From Eledone cirrhosa (lineage: Eukaryota), in NCBI GenBank assembly GCA_964016885.1, contig OZ024742.1, forward strand, positions 249,860,001-249,924,000: a DNA stretch of 64,000 nucleotides, read 5' to 3'. This document shows, in pieces, positions 49,270 through 64,000 of the stretch; the stretch's first letter is position 1; the number at the start of each line of letters is the position of its first letter. Both the position numbers and the translations under genes were made by a program. The notes beneath the pieces were generated by a model that was not told where the DNA came from, did not search any database, and saw nothing but the letters and a program-made list of their open reading frames with translations.

Positions 49270-50207
49270 TGTACACATGTATGTGTGTGTACACATGTAT
49301 ATGTGTGTGTTTGTGTGTGTATATATATATATTAGTACTTTAATCCTTCCTTTGGTTTAGAGTGTTGTAGTTGTATTATTGTTGGAGAATTGCCATGCCA
49401 TTCGGTTGTTTAGAATTCACTTTACGTACTGCAAAGTTTGGAATTTACCTGGTTGTTGCTGTTGTTGGGGTGGTGGTGATGTTGTCGGTGTGCTGTTGGT
49501 GAATGAGGATGTGGGAGTTGAGGAAAGTAATATATGATGGAACTGTAACTACTTAATCAGTTCTCTTGGGGTAATTAATACGATCTAATATTTTAGCGAC
49601 ATCCACTTCCTTCTCGATTCTTGTTTAAAAAAAAAAAATGGTGAATGCTGGAAGAACTTAAAGAAAGATAGAATGTTTACATTTTTACATTTGCACAGAG
49701 GTATATGCTTATATATCGGCTCATAATATGGCTTTGGTTGTTGCTGTTAAAACAGATTGAGCAATCAAAGATTACTGCTATGTGACATTTCTGAGCGGTG
49801 GACTAGCACAATTGGTTGCTGTATATTTTACTGGCTCTTTGCTTTCTCCATTCAAAACACCGAAATCAACTTTACCTTCCATCATTTCGACAATCGATGA
49901 AATAAAAATACCAGTCCACGTTAGTGTAGTGGTGGAATTGTTAGATCATCGGACAGTATGCCTTTTGTTTTATGTTCAAATCTCACCGTAGCCTACATGG
50001 AACGTAGATTTTATTATTAAAGCTGCCCTTATATTGTGTCTTTTCAGATCTCCTCTTTCTCCCACCAGTTACGTAGACAAATGTCCTTTCTCTTAAACTA
50101 AATAGTAAAGAGGAACACGTATAAAACGCAATATCATTGCCTCTATTCGACATTAACATTACCTTTAAAGCTGTAGTACATATACATACATTTACTTACA
50201 AAATAAT

Positions 50208-50375
50208 TGTTTCTACGTTTGACACAAGGCCAGCAATACCCAGTGATTACTGGTACTTTATGTTATCGACCCCGTAAGGATGAAAGGCAAAGTTAACCTC
50301 TGCGGGATTTGACCGTAAAGGGACGTAACTATGTTGGAAAGCATGTCCGACCCTCTACCAATACTGCCAATTAAC
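50208..50375 (-). mobile_element. tRNA-derived SINE with 9-bp TSD
   Basis: Family sequence; CAAAATAAT at 50199-50207 and 50376-50384. Confidence 0.8.
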
Positions 50376-50777
50376 CAAAATAATGTATACATGCTCATCT
50401 TTACATGATCATACATTTATCTGACGGTATGTAGCATAATACACACACATGCGTGTATATAACATAAGAACGTACATATAATTATGAAACATTATGATAG
50501 TACTTATACATATGTACATTATGATACAGACATTTACTTATGTACTTTATAATTTGTATATATAGGTATATAAACAATATATAACTGTGTATTGACAGGA
50601 TATCTATTCGAAACGCCGTATTACAAACGTCAACAAACTTAGTGGAACAATAACACAAACAGGCAAATCCAAACTTTCGTCATTGTTCTATCTGTGTGTG
50701 TTCTTCTAACTAGTCTTTTGACCTTTCTACTGTCTTATTACAGACAAAATGTCTGACGCTAGGTTAGAAAATAACGA

Positions 50778-51010
50778 AAGAGGGGTGTTAAGAGAAGTAT
50801 GTATGGAAGGTGGTATGCTGTGATATAGGCTTCTGTGTGTGGTAATATGTGGTGCATGTGTGTGCTATATATTCATATATGTATGTATGTATGTATATAT
50901 ATATATATACATATATGAATATATAGCACACACATGCACCACATATTACCACACACAGAAGCCTATATCACAGCATACCACCTTCCATACATACTTCTCT
51001 TAACACCCCT

Positions 51011-51013
<3 letters not shown>
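50778..51013. repeat. Perfect inverted repeat (~105-bp arms) with microsatellite centre, abutting (TA)n
   Basis: AAGAGGGGTGTTAAGAGAAG... and ...CTTCTCTTAACACCCCTCTT. Confidence 0.9.
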
Positions 51014-51044
<31 letters not shown>

Positions 51045-51159
51045 AGTATGTGTGTATGTGAGTATGTGTGTGTGTGTGTGTGTGTGCTATCTGTAGTTGT
51101 GGGGGGGTAACGCCATACGTTTGTTACGTCAGTACGGTTTAGAATCAGTACACGCACAC

Positions 51160-51218
<59 letters not shown>

Positions 51219-51516
51219 TTCAGGACCCCAACGGCTGAGCTCCGACCGTTTCGACAGCTGATCCGAACTAAGCCAGCTATATATATATATATGTGTGTAA
51301 ATATATATATATATATATATATATAGGGAATTTAACGTCCAGTTACGGTAGGTTCAGCAGAGTGAGCACTCGAAGCGTATATATATATATATATATATAT
51401 ATGTTTGTGGGTGTGTCTGTGTATGTGTGTGTGTGTGTGTGCGTGTGTGTGTGTGTGTGTAGAACTATATTTGTGTGTATTTGTGTGTGTAGTTGTGTGT
51501 GAGTGTGTATGTACTA

Positions 51517-51558
<42 letters not shown>

Positions 51559-51933
51559 GTGTGTGTGTGTGCGTATCGTGTTCGTAGGTAGAACAGTGAA
51601 TTACTGGTGTTGGTACCAAATCTGACGAGGAGATCGATACTGGAGACGGGTCCATAACTCCTATAGATTACCTTGAGTGAATCCTTTGCGAAACGCGCGT
51701 AACAGGTGGATAGACAATAAATATTTTTCATATATAAACGAAACTCGGCAGTCACATGAGTTACTTCCCCTAACTACAAAAACGCCTCCCTTACATTTGA
51801 CAAAGTTTCATATATGAAATAACGTTCAGCCATCTTTGTTTTGCCCGATGATTATCTATTTCCTATACTGTTTGAATTTGAAACCTTATGTAGCATGCAG
51901 TTGTGTTGAGAATTTATTCACATAATATATATA

Positions 51934-52029
<96 letters not shown>

Positions 52030-53717
52030 TGTGTGTGTGTGGTAATCTGAATAATTGGTAGATAATCAGTATCGGCCATATTGGTCATTTTGTGGATTAA
52101 TCGGTTTTAATAATCATGTTTTAGATCAAGAAAACTGTGTTTGACACGAAAAAGTCTGAAAATACATTGGATTGAACAGGCAGAAATACTCTATAATTAT
52201 ATATTATTTCCTAGGATACATAACCTTTTCCGACCAGTATAGTAGATCTCTGTTACAGATGTTCAAAAGCACAGGTCTACTCAATCGGCAGATTAAAAAG
52301 TATCAAAATATGTGAGTGTCCCTTCTACGGATTTCCGAGGATATGTTTAATTGAAATTTTTTTAAGTAATTCATTAAAAAATCATGCATATTTCGCTTTC
52401 TTGTTAATTTAAATGTATTCATAAATTTTCCAATAATATTGATTTCTGTTAACCTAATAAAACAGAAAAATTATAAATCATAAATTACAATGTAAAACAA
52501 TAAGAATTTTTCTATTTTCATATCATAAACAACTTCTCGGAGGTTCTAATAGGTTACCTCTTTAACGTAAAATCAACCCAATGCTTTTGCGGTCTTGTCC
52601 GCGGGGCACAGCACCAATACCACTTAGGCTTAGAGCCCACCCCCTCCCATTCTTCTGTGACCCTAGAGCCGTTGCCATTCCCTTCTTTTTCCGTTTCAAT
52701 AGCCATAAAAGAGACTTGCATTTTTTACAATAAAACCTGTAATTAATTCACAAAATCAACCTAAAATTAGCATGTGCTCTCAAATGGTAGATTCATAATT
52801 GTGATTAATTATGAAATATTATAATGTATTAATTACAATTAATAACAATAAAGTGTTCACATAATATTGCATAATTACATTATAGACAATCGGCAACCGA
52901 CTAATCGGTATTATTTGAAAAAACAAAACCGATTTTTCGGTAATCAGTAATCGTCCGATTTAATTATGGGCGCATCCTTAATACATACATACATACATAC
53001 GTACATTCATACATACATACAAACATACATACATACATACATACATACATACAAACATTCATACATACATACATGCTTACATACAAACAAACGTACTTAC
53101 AAACAAATATAAATACATACGTACATATATATGTGTATGCGTGTGCGTTTGTGGGATATTATGTGTGGGGTGGTGTACTGTGTGTAGCAACGAATATGTG
53201 CGTGTGTGGGTATATGTGGAGTTGACTTAGAATTATAGTATCGTTTATCTAATGAGCAGATAATGATGCGTTGGAAAGAAAACGAGAGAGGGGTGATGTC
53301 TGTAATAGAGAGAAAGTGCGAGAGATTGAGAGAATGAGAGAGAGGGAATTGTCAGTGGGAATAGTTTCAACGTCCAATTGGATCATATGAGAAACTGTAA
53401 AGAGGCTAAATTGCGTGAAATTGGAGGAGAGATTTGGGTTGGGGAATGGCAAGAAGAGACACATAGTGAGGGATAGGTGGAAGGACAGAGAGAGAAAGAG
53501 AGAGAAGTTACATGTAGATAGAGATGAGAGAGGAATGTGGAACAGATATAGAGTCAGACTGTTCAGTAATGAGAGAGAGAGAGAGTGGGAAAAAGAGATA
53601 TTTAAAGGAAAGTTCGGAACAGAAGCAGGAAGAGTAAGAGTGATACACACACACATCACACACACATATGTATATGTGTGTGTGTGTGTGCATACATATA
53701 CATAAATATTTATATAC

Positions 53718-53795
<78 letters not shown>

Positions 53796-53902
53796 GTATA
53801 TATATATGTGGTTGTATAAATATAATATATAGTGACAAGTTGATGTGACTTTTACCTCAATTTTGATGTGAATGTTTTATTCCGCAGCATATATATGTCT
53901 GC

Positions 53903-53995
<93 letters not shown>

Positions 53996-54024
53996 ATATA
54001 TGTATATGTATAGGTATGTGTGTG

Positions 54025-54055
<31 letters not shown>

Positions 54056-54139
54056 GTTTGTGTGTGTGTATATACATATATATATATATATATGTTTGTG
54101 TGTATATATACATACGTACACACACACACACATATAATG

Positions 54140-54415
54140 TATTGGTGTGCAACGCTCAGTTACTGTTGGTTCACTAGTTTGAGCACTCAATACTATTGTA
54201 TGGACCCGGCTTCTGATGTGGGATTCTACATTTGAGTCTTCACCAATTTCGGTTCCCGCAACATGCAGAATCTTATTAATAATAAGAGGGAAGGAATTAT
54301 CAATATAACATCAATATATATGTATTCACGCGTGACGCTCGTTTCGCAAACTTTCAGCTCAACGTAAAATGCGCACCCATGCTGCCTGACTCAGAAATCG
54401 ACTGCTCGTCGATTG
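54140..54415 (-). mobile_element. Penelope-like terminal fragment related to the 55.3-55.8 kb element
   Basis: Minus strand TCGACGAGCA...TGCGAAACGAGCGTC and terminal AGTGCTCA...TGAACC..CAGTAACT shared with 55726-55756 and 51326-51377. Confidence 0.5.
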
Positions 54416-54979
54416 CAAAACGTGTAAATAAAAAAGGTTATTGATGTTCCTACTTCTTATTCTTATTCCATGTGTTTTATATATATATATAATATATGTG
54501 TGTGCGCGTGTGTGCGTAGCAGGTTATCCGTACATAAAAGGCCGAGGAAAACAATTATCAGTCTAGTGAGCCTATTTAGCATATTTAAATTCTTAATATA
54601 TATGTGTAACCTGAGCTTTCGGTGCCCAGTTATGACCATCACCGTGCAGTGGAGGAGCTGTTTGGAAAGTGGCCTCTCATGAGTGCCAGAACAAAATAAT
54701 AAAAAGAAATAAAAATATAAGCTATAGCCCACTAAATTTGGTTTTAATGCAGTGGGGAACCCGTTTTTGAAAACAAGGGAGACAATTCCCAAGGTCCGAA
54801 TTTCTCGAGGTAGAAAAGTTCAAATATACAATATGTGCATGACTTTATTTATAAGTTAATCTGTGTGTAAATGTAATATATGTGTTACTGAAGTTGTAAT
54901 ATATTAAAAAGTTTAAACCCTTCAAAGGAGTTCATTACAATAAGAAATTGAGCGACCAAGCGAGGTAAATTCTACTCTG

Positions 54980-55235
<256 letters not shown>

Positions 55236-55240
55236 CTATA

Positions 55241-55290
<50 letters not shown>

Positions 55291-55293
55291 CAT

Positions 55294-55344
<51 letters not shown>

Positions 55345-55352
<8 letters not shown>

Positions 55353-55773
55353 AATAAGATAACAAGGACGATTGGTTACTCCTTCATTACGTTTATTGGA
55401 TGGTGACGCGCGTTTCGCCACTGATCAGCTCAAGGTTCGATCTTTATCGATCTGACCCGACTCTGTAGTCCGCGGCTCGTCAGATCCCTTGTAATGTTAA
55501 TGGAAAGAAAAATTTCCATTAACATTACAAGGGGTCTGACGAGCCGCGGATAACAGAGTCGGGTCAGATCGATACAGATCGAACCTTGAGCTGATCAATG
55601 GCGAAACGCGCGTCACCATCCAATAAACGTAATGAAGGAGTAACCAATCATCCTTGGTATCTTAATTCACTATAATACACTCTGTCTAGCTCTACACCTC
55701 GACACTGAAGTAAACCTAAACATCAAGTGCTCACCCGGGTGAACCTACAGTAACTCCATGTTACACTCCCTGG
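55345..55773 (+). mobile_element. Penelope-like end with ~160-bp inverted arm in (TA)n
   Basis: Palindrome 55345-55674 plus unpaired extension to 55773; hammerhead in each arm. Confidence 0.75.
55533..55617 (+). ncRNA. Type I hammerhead ribozyme motif with large loop II
   Basis: GGT CTGACGA GCC ...54 nt... GGC GAAA CGCGCG TC ACC. Confidence 0.7.
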
Positions 55774-56146
55774 ATATATATATACACATATATAAATATA
55801 TATGAGAGTATTGAAGTTTGCTTGAAGCATTGTGGAACAATAAGTAAATATCTTTAAGTCGTTTGGAAGCCTCGACAATGCAGATGGGTAAATCTCTGGG
55901 TAACAAGGTCCGGTGGTGGAGAGAGAGATGTAAGTGGGTGTACGTTGAGATGCGTGATGTGTGAGATGTGTAGAATGAAGGGAAGAGTATAAAGGATAAA
56001 AATAAAAATAACAAGAGAGTTACCTTGGGAGAGATTTAATAGTCCCTATATATTTCTGATTCACATCCATCAACTGGGTTTTTTTTCCGGGGTGGGGGAA
56101 AAGGTTGTCTGTCGGACAAGTCCGGAACGCGTCTTTCGCTGTTTGT

Positions 56147-56180
<34 letters not shown>

Positions 56181-56622
56181 TGAATTCATCTGCGGGAATT
56201 TTAGCGTGCAAGATATATTGCAAACTTTAAAGTTTCCACTAAGATCTTCCCAAAAACTAAAGCTTGATCATGTTAAACAAGATTAATTATAAACTTTATG
56301 TTTCAATAGTGTGCAATATGATTTTGTAAGGAAAGACCTCTGTCAACAATCTATCATGTTGTGTGCATGTGTTTGTGGATGTGATATGCTTAAAATGTTG
56401 TGTGAGGATAGGGGACTGAGAGGATTAGGTTCATGGAGGGTATAGCAGGTCTGTATATTTTTGCATCAGAAGTACCATCTCCTGTCCAATTGGAAATCGA
56501 CATCACATGATGCCCTCTCATGAGACCTGCTAAATCCTCCGTTAACTTATACCTCACTGTCACCTATCAATTGTACCAGCTTTCTGAAAATTATGAGTCA
56601 TATTTTACACACACACATACAT

Positions 56623-56672
<50 letters not shown>

Positions 56673-56750
56673 ATATATATGTATAGATATATGCATATAT
56701 ATATAAATTGTATTGGCTAGTTTCCTGAGGTGAGGCTGTTCCTTCCATAG

Positions 56751-56783
<33 letters not shown>

Positions 56784-56802
56784 AATACATAATCGGAGAA
56801 AG

Positions 56803-56853
<51 letters not shown>

Positions 56854-57959
56854 TAGGGGGGGGGGAGATGGAGTTAGATAGATAATTAGAAAGATAGATA
56901 AGCAGACACACAGATAGCCTGCGACATATAACGTTCACATAAATATTAAAGTAAAGGATACATCAACGTGTCACATTGACTTTATTGCCACATCGTATTA
57001 AACACGTTATTAGTAATGGGACTAAACGTCACTTCCAACATAATACCTCTGTCTGACTAAATCTGTCTTTCTGTAACTCTGTCTCTTCGTGATTGTGTCA
57101 AATAGACACAGACATTGTGACGTTGTTAAAGGGTTTAATTTGGAAACCTGGATTTCAGGTTCCGTTTATAATTGGTTGACCATTACTTAATGCTTTGTAA
57201 GTGGGATTTCGAATTCACTAAATATAATATGTTTGTGTGTGTTTATATGTGTGTATGTGTATGTGTGTGTTTATGTGTGTGTATGTGTGTACGTGTGTGT
57301 AATTAAGACCACAATTGTGTAAGCATGAACTTAAATGCATCTAAAATTAAACCATGTTGTCCACGAACTAAGTAATCGTAGCATATAAATCATTTATGAG
57401 GTCACTCAGCATACATCTACAGTGCAAGGAAAGGAAAGCAAAATGTGCGCATGACCTTCTAAACAACGTCCCAACACTCCTTTCAAAACAACCATCAACT
57501 AGCAACAATTATAGATGTTAGTGTTTGGATGCTATTGTGTTGCAGTTATCGATTTACGTAGTTTCTATCAAATAATTTGCAGAGTCTTCGACTCCATTAT
57601 GTAGTTGGCCCCGTACCTACATATATATGAGTGTAACCGCCAGAATGTTCTCCAACCATATATTCCAAACGAACCCGTTCAAACCTACAATTATACAGCG
57701 AGCTATTCCCTATAGATAGAACCCACACCTACAAAAAATAAACTCAAGAGTCACTGTTTAAAGTTGATAAAAAATATTTATTTCAATGAACAGAAAACCT
57801 TGATATCACTGAATAACCTAAACTAAACATTATCGAGCATAACGAACCGATAAGCCCGAAAAGATTGACAGTGTGAAGTCACGGGTACAGCTAACACATG
57901 ATTAAATAAAATGACTACTAAAACCAACCATAAAAACAAACTTTTACACAGTCAGTCAC

Positions 57960-58237
57960 AATAATGTGTCTTCAAGTTGAAACGATCAACGAAACAGCCT
58001 GTACGTGAAATTAACCTACAAGTGTCTCAGCATTCAAAAGACACGCGTACCCTTAACATACCTCTCAGAGAGATTCAGCATGACAAAATGTGACATGCCT
58101 CACCCTCCGAATTACAGGTGCAACTCACTTCAATCAGCTAAGTGGACGGGAGTAACATGAAAAATACTAGCTTGCTCAAGGACTCAGCACACTACCGGGA
58201 ATCCAACTCATGACATTACGATCTTGAGCCGAATACC

Positions 58238-58239
<2 letters not shown>
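57960..58239 (-). mobile_element. Second SINE family (CORE-like)
   Basis: Minus strand tRNA-like head then GTCCTTGAGCAAG; another fragment at ~58436-58505 and a probable head at ~62705-62790. Confidence 0.55.
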
Positions 58240-58288
<49 letters not shown>

Positions 58289-58531
58289 TACATATATATA
58301 TATATATCGATCCTTTTATATATATATATATATAAAAGGATCGATCGACATCCGTCAAATCGGACCGAGGAAACAATGTTTCCGTTGGTCTTTCCAGTTG
58401 CTAATACTATCTATCGGTCGCAACTTCAGGTAGAAGGAGCAATGTGAAATAAAGTGTCTTGCTCAAGGACATAACGCATCACCCGGTCCAGGAATCGAAC
58501 TCACAATATATATACATATGTATATATATAT

Positions 58532-59377
<846 letters not shown>

Positions 59378-59635
59378 GACTTCCAATTACATTTTACATT
59401 ATATACATGCCTGTGTATATGTTAATTATTTTAAAGTTATTATTTAAATGAACATGACCCAATGGGTCACGGATGGTCTAGTTAACAATAAACTTGAGTT
59501 CAAATCGAAAACAAAGATTAAGGCAAACCCAGAAAATGCGAAAATAAATTGAGGCAACTAATATCAGAACACGCCGTATATTTAATTGAAAGATATAAAA
59601 ATTGACATTCAATTTTATTTAAAAGGCTATATAAT

Positions 59636-59816
59636 TGTTTCTACTTTTGATATAAGGCAAGCAATTAATCAGTGTATTACTGGTACTTTATTTTATCGAC
59701 CCCGTAAGGATGAAAGGCAAAGTTAACCTCGGCGGGATTTGAACTCCGAATGGCAAGGTCCGTAACTCTATGCGTCAAAGCATGGCGCCCTACCCTCTAC
59801 CGATACTGCCAATCCA
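59636..59816 (-). mobile_element. tRNA-derived SINE
   Basis: Family head, B box, body and tail AGTAGAAACAATTAT. Confidence 0.85.
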
Positions 59817-60450
59817 ATGTTATAGACTTCTCAACTCAATAAATTATCAAATATATCAATATTTAAATTAATAAATATTATATAAATATATTTTATTGAA
59901 AAATTTATCTCATCCAAGCAACCGCATATATAACTCGGTGGATCAAAAAACCATCAGATGAAATACTGGAACTGCTACATGCTGACATCACAGTTATTAA
60001 GTGGAAGTAGCCGAAGCCACAGGTTTCTGACCCCGGAAATCAGTCACCTAACACTCTCCCTCCCCCCTCCTCCTCCGCCTCTTCTTCTTCTTCTTCTTCT
60101 TCTTCTTCTTCTTCTTCTTCTTCTTCTTCCTCATCACGTTCACGTGATTGTGCCACACATTTTCAGGCTGCTCTCACTACAATGCGGAAAGCCCATATTG
60201 AGTCTGGCAGTCTCTCTTAGGAATTCTTCCCTTAGGTTTAAGACTGAACTCCGTCGATGATTTATCTCGTTAGTCATAGACATAGATCTCAAACTCAACA
60301 CGCTCATATAGGACGTGGTAATAAAACAGTTCCAGTTCGGAGCATTATAGTAAATCCCACACTAAGACGTCTAGCTACTGTTTAACGTATTGTGTACACT
60401 CTCAATTACGGATTCGTATTTACAGCTTGCAATTTCTGTAATTTCATGGA

Positions 60451-60683
<233 letters not shown>

Positions 60684-60684
60684 C

Positions 60685-60861
<177 letters not shown>

Positions 60862-61394
60862 TGTGTGTGTGTGTAAAAGGTAAACAGAAATAACAACACA
60901 ATCGGTACAGTATATGGAAGGGATATTGTTTAACAGAATGAGAAATAAGATAGATTGAGGGGACGGGCGGGATGGAATTGGAAAAAATGTCTTTAGATGA
61001 AAATAATAGGTCCATTCATGTTGACATCACTTGCAAAGCTGTTGGTCCTGACGTTTTGTGTATGATTTATTTTTTAGAAAATGGATGATGGAGCGCGTCT
61101 ACCTGAAATGGAAATAAGCATGTGTGTGTGAGTGTGTTATTATACGCCCGTACGAAGCTAAGAAGAAATGTGTGTGTATATGTGAGTAAAAGAGTGTGTG
61201 TGTGCATGTAAGTACGAAGCTATGAGCAAAAGTATGTTAATATAAGGGTGTGTATGTGTGTATACAGAGTAGTGAAGGGAAAAGTGGAGTGAGCATATAT
61301 AGTCGGCATGTATTAGTTGTAAGAGAAGCTGCTAATGATCAAGAGAAAGCGATAGGGCTGTGATAATGGACGGGGTATTAGAGAAATTGGGGAG

Positions 61395-62285
61395 GTGAGT
61401 TGAGTCCAAGAGGGGATTAGGACCCAAGGCGGTGAATCAGACTTTGTTCAGTCCTGGTGCGTAGGCTTGTGATCCATGATGTAAAAGGACACCTAGGGCT
61501 GAAACATGTAGGGAAGAATGACCAGGAGAACAGAAAGGACGGGCGACAGGAGTATCCAAACTGAGTCATATGTCCCTCAAATATTCGGCAAAACGGTCCG
61601 CTATATGGCGTCTCGTTTGTCCGATATATAAAGACCCGCAATAGTAAAACAGGAAGGCTTAGACAACGTGGGATGATTTCAGATGAAGGAATAGCGGATA
61701 CGGAAAGACCCGGTAGGGCTTGTAAGAGTGGTGAGCTGGAAATAAAGGGACAAGTGTTGCAGCGAGAACGGGAACAAGGATGAAAGCCGGGTGGAATCGT
61801 GGAAAAGGACGAAAATGAACTGGGGTGGGTTTGGAAAAAAGCGAGAAGTGGCGGGGTCAGAAGAGAGAATATGTCGTCGGAGTGGTAGGATGGTGGGGTG
61901 GTAGGTGAGAGGGAAAGGAACACTGGTGTTAAGAGGGCGGGTGAAGTGAGAGGGCTGTGGTGCGGTCTGTTTCACGGGCGTGGGTGAGAGCGGCTTGGAT
62001 CATATCCACCCTGGATGAAGCAAGAAGCCATGCGACGGGAATGGGTTTCGAAATCGTCGTCCTGGCTACTGAGTCGACGAAGACGGAATAATTGGGAATA
62101 GGGTATGGAGTGTTTGGTGTGGGTTGGATAGGAGGCGGTGAAGTCGAGATAAGATTGGGCGTCTGTTGGTTTAATGAAGATGGAAGTAGAGAGGGTGTGG
62201 TGAGAGTGATTAATTGATTAATAGATAGAGAGATATCTAGAAAAGCGACAGAAGAATCGGAGACGGAAGCGGTAAAATTGTGGAG
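61395..62285 (-). pseudogene. Penelope-like (Neptune-type) RT C-terminus + Cys linker + GIY-YIG endonuclease, decayed
   Basis: Frameshifted: VAFLDISL, KPTDAQSYL..HTKHSIPYSQLFRLRRL, PCSRSRCNTC, LYIGQTRRHIADRFAEYLRDI. Confidence 0.8.
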
Positions 62286-62574
62286 CATATATATATATGT
62301 GTGTGTATGTGTGTATGTATGTGTGTGTGTGTGCGTGCGCGTGTGTGTTTTACTGTATGTGAGCATATGTGTGTGTGTGTGTGTGGCTTTGTGTGAGTTT
62401 GTTTGTCCATGTCGAGGCTTATGTTTCTGTGTTTATGTCCCATGAACTAAGTTTTCGAGTTAAAAAAAGATTGATAAAAATAATAGAAGGATTTTTTAAA
62501 TGGTGTGTTGACGATATGTTGGACTAACATCATTGAAGATGTAATAAAAGAAAATAATACTGTGTTCGAGATAT

Positions 62575-62700
62575 AGCATGAGTCCAAGTTCTTAAATATA
62601 TCACGCAGAAAGGTGGAATCAGTATAAAACTTTCTTTTATGAACGTTTTATAGAGAGTCCACCTGTCTGCGTGATATATTTAAGAACTTAGAATCATGCT
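62575..62700. repeat. Imperfect inverted repeat (~55-bp arms)
   Basis: AGCATGAGTCCAAGTTCTTAAATATATCACGCAGA and its reverse complement. Confidence 0.8.
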
Positions 62701-63217
62701 GTGAAGGCGAGTAGCTTAGATGTTACGGTGTTCGGCTCATGAAGGTAGGGTCCTAAGCTCGAATCTCGGTGTGGTGGTGTGTCTTTAGTTTCATGTTTTT
62801 TGCAGTCCACGGGCAAAAATTAATTGTAACTCTAATTCAAAAGATCGGTCTATTTGCACACCCTATACTTAGAAACTACATTAAGGAAATACGTGAGAAT
62901 GCAATGCTCAGCCACATATATGTTAATTTCAGGACAGAGCTGTTCAAATGGTCGAACAACAAGGGCGTTCTCCGACAGAAACGACGGAGGTCCAATGCAG
63001 TTTACAGTAATGCACGATTTTTGTGTTGGTACATCCAGAGAAAAGCAGCTTCCAGTGATTCATTATTCTCACTGTTCCATATGTTATTATGTACAAACGA
63101 AAGACTGAAAACAAAGAATTTTAACAGCAGATATCAGCTATGTAAACAGAGATCGCAATATGGTGGTGAGCTATACTTATAACCATATGGCCTCACTCTA
63201 CTGAGACATACAAACGC

Positions 63218-63275
<58 letters not shown>

Positions 63276-63353
63276 GTGCGCCTGTATGTAAGAATTGAAT
63301 AGTTGAGAACGGCAAAATGAAAAATGAAATGAAACAAGAATATGCGTATGTAC

Positions 63354-63397
<44 letters not shown>

Positions 63398-63435
63398 CTG
63401 TGTGTGTATGTATGTAATATATTGTATATACATAT

Positions 63436-63490
<55 letters not shown>

Positions 63491-63591
63491 ATATATATTC
63501 ATATATATGTGATAAAAACATAAAAAGTGACAAATTTACAAATGACGTAAATACATATAAAAATGTAAATAAATAAATAAGCACACGCACT

Positions 63592-63625
<34 letters not shown>

Positions 63626-63754
63626 GATATATGTATACACACACACACACACACGCACGCACATATATATATATAAAACGAAAAACAACAAGTTTATGCA
63701 TGACGTAAATACATAGGCAAAAACATATATATATATATATATAATATATATACA

Positions 63755-63829
<75 letters not shown>

Positions 63830-64000
63830 GGAGAGGTTTATGTGCTTTTGTGTGCGTATATGTATGAATGTATGTCTGTATGTATATATATATGTATGCA
63901 AAAAAAACAGTCAAATGTATAAATATGAAAAGAATATATCAGTGAGTTCCCCGTCTGTTTGAACCCGCCATCTCTCCCTCCATCTCTTACCCCAAACAAG

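Noticed and set aside
52040-52980. Possible hAT-type MITE with AATCGG subterminal repeats
   Set aside because: Only one plausible terminus is visible and there is no TSD; too decayed to call.
62769-63182. 137-aa ORF as a possible host exon
   Set aside because: No recognisable domain, non-ATG start inside a SINE-like head, no convincing splice pair.

Overview
Eukaryotic, AT-rich, microsatellite-saturated DNA with no recognisable host exon. The (TA)n/(CA)n/(TACA)n density and the SINE families suggest a cephalopod such as Octopus (inference). The centre (27.2-48.2 kb) is one (TAA/ATT)n microsatellite holding a stack of retroelements. On + is a 5'-truncated R4/Dong-type RT-RLE element. Tail-to-tail with it on - are three full-length ~6.0 kb Tx1-like (L1 group) LINEs, head-to-tail and separated only by (AAT)n, followed by two tRNA-derived SINEs in the same orientation. 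The abundant SINE shares its 3' terminus (CCTTGTG-N8-AGAAA..ATTATT) and its ATT-starting target duplications with the Tx1-like LINE, suggesting an ATT-targeting LINE/SINE pair. The flanks carry many long palindromes and small repeat modules in (TA)n tracts that contain type I hammerhead ribozyme motifs (Penelope-like or retrozyme-like). They also hold a decayed Neptune-type Penelope, a decayed Ingi/Vingi-like LINE, RTE fragments and non-autonomous Helitrons. All alignments and folds were done by eye, and boundaries of decayed elements are approximate.
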